A stretch of 63,941 nucleotides of DNA, counting the filler, from Octopus bimaculoides (lineage: Eukaryota): assembly GCF_001194135.2 (NCBI RefSeq). It is 7 parts of 7 records of this genome, joined end to end, with 100 filler letters (N's around TTAATTAATTAA, not from the genome) between each part and the next. Parts side by side here need not be neighbours in the genome. Positions count along the whole stretch, not along the records: positions 58,146 to 63,941 come from NC_068987.1; 6 more parts are not named here. One strand, written 5' to 3'. Both the position numbers and the translations under genes were made by a program. This document shows positions 63,793 through 63,941 of the stretch, one piece after another. The number at the start of each line of letters is the position of its first letter. The stretch's first letter is position 1. The notes beneath the pieces are model-generated. The model was given only the letters and a program-made list of their open reading frames with translations. It made no database searches and was not told where the DNA came from.

Positions 63793-63941
63793 GTCAACGA
63801 CAGCGGTGATGATTCTTACAACAACGAAAGCAAAGATGACCACCACGACGATGATGATGATGATGACGACGACGACGACGACGAGAACAAGGAAATTATA
63901 ATACTGCTTTTATGAGAATGATGATGATGATGATGATGATG
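63700..63941. repeat. Compound (GAT)n/(GAC)n/(CAA)n trinucleotide tract
   Basis: Direct reading. Confidence 0.9.

Noticed and set aside
63671-63901. Met/Asp/Thr-rich ORF as a low-complexity protein
   Set aside because: It is explained by the (GAT)n/(GAC)n trinucleotide tract.
1-63941. CRISPR arrays, rRNA, operons or prokaryotic systems
   Set aside because: There is no repeat-spacer structure and no rRNA-like sequence; the window is eukaryotic intronic or intergenic DNA.

Overview
This is AT-rich, microsatellite-dense eukaryotic DNA with many N gaps. The SINE, RTE, Dong and Penelope repertoire suggests an octopus or other coleoid cephalopod (inference). Six artificial 100-bp spacers (44 N + TTAATTAATTAA + 44 N) split the window into seven separately assembled segments. 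The only clearly recognisable host coding sequence is the terminal exon of DNA polymerase theta (POLQ) on the minus strand at 23613-23869. The rest is mostly decayed mobile DNA: R4/Dong LINEs, RTE and L1/Tx1 fragments, a Ty3/Gypsy element, putative solo LTRs, Mariner/Tc1 and hAT relics, MITEs, at least four tRNA-derived or RTE-linked SINE families, and Penelope-like elements (PLEs) with inverted termini. Two signals stand out. First, four unrelated minimal type-I hammerhead ribozyme motifs lie at 8261, 33802, 34467 and 48864; two sit in clear PLE fold-backs, one has a fully canonical core and one carries an unusual CUGUUGA core. Second, scattered phase-compatible candidate exons (about 35-57 kb) may encode an unannotated Cys- and N-glycosylation-rich protein with loose, unverified resemblance to CatSper-beta. 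No CRISPR array, rRNA or genuine tRNA gene was seen.
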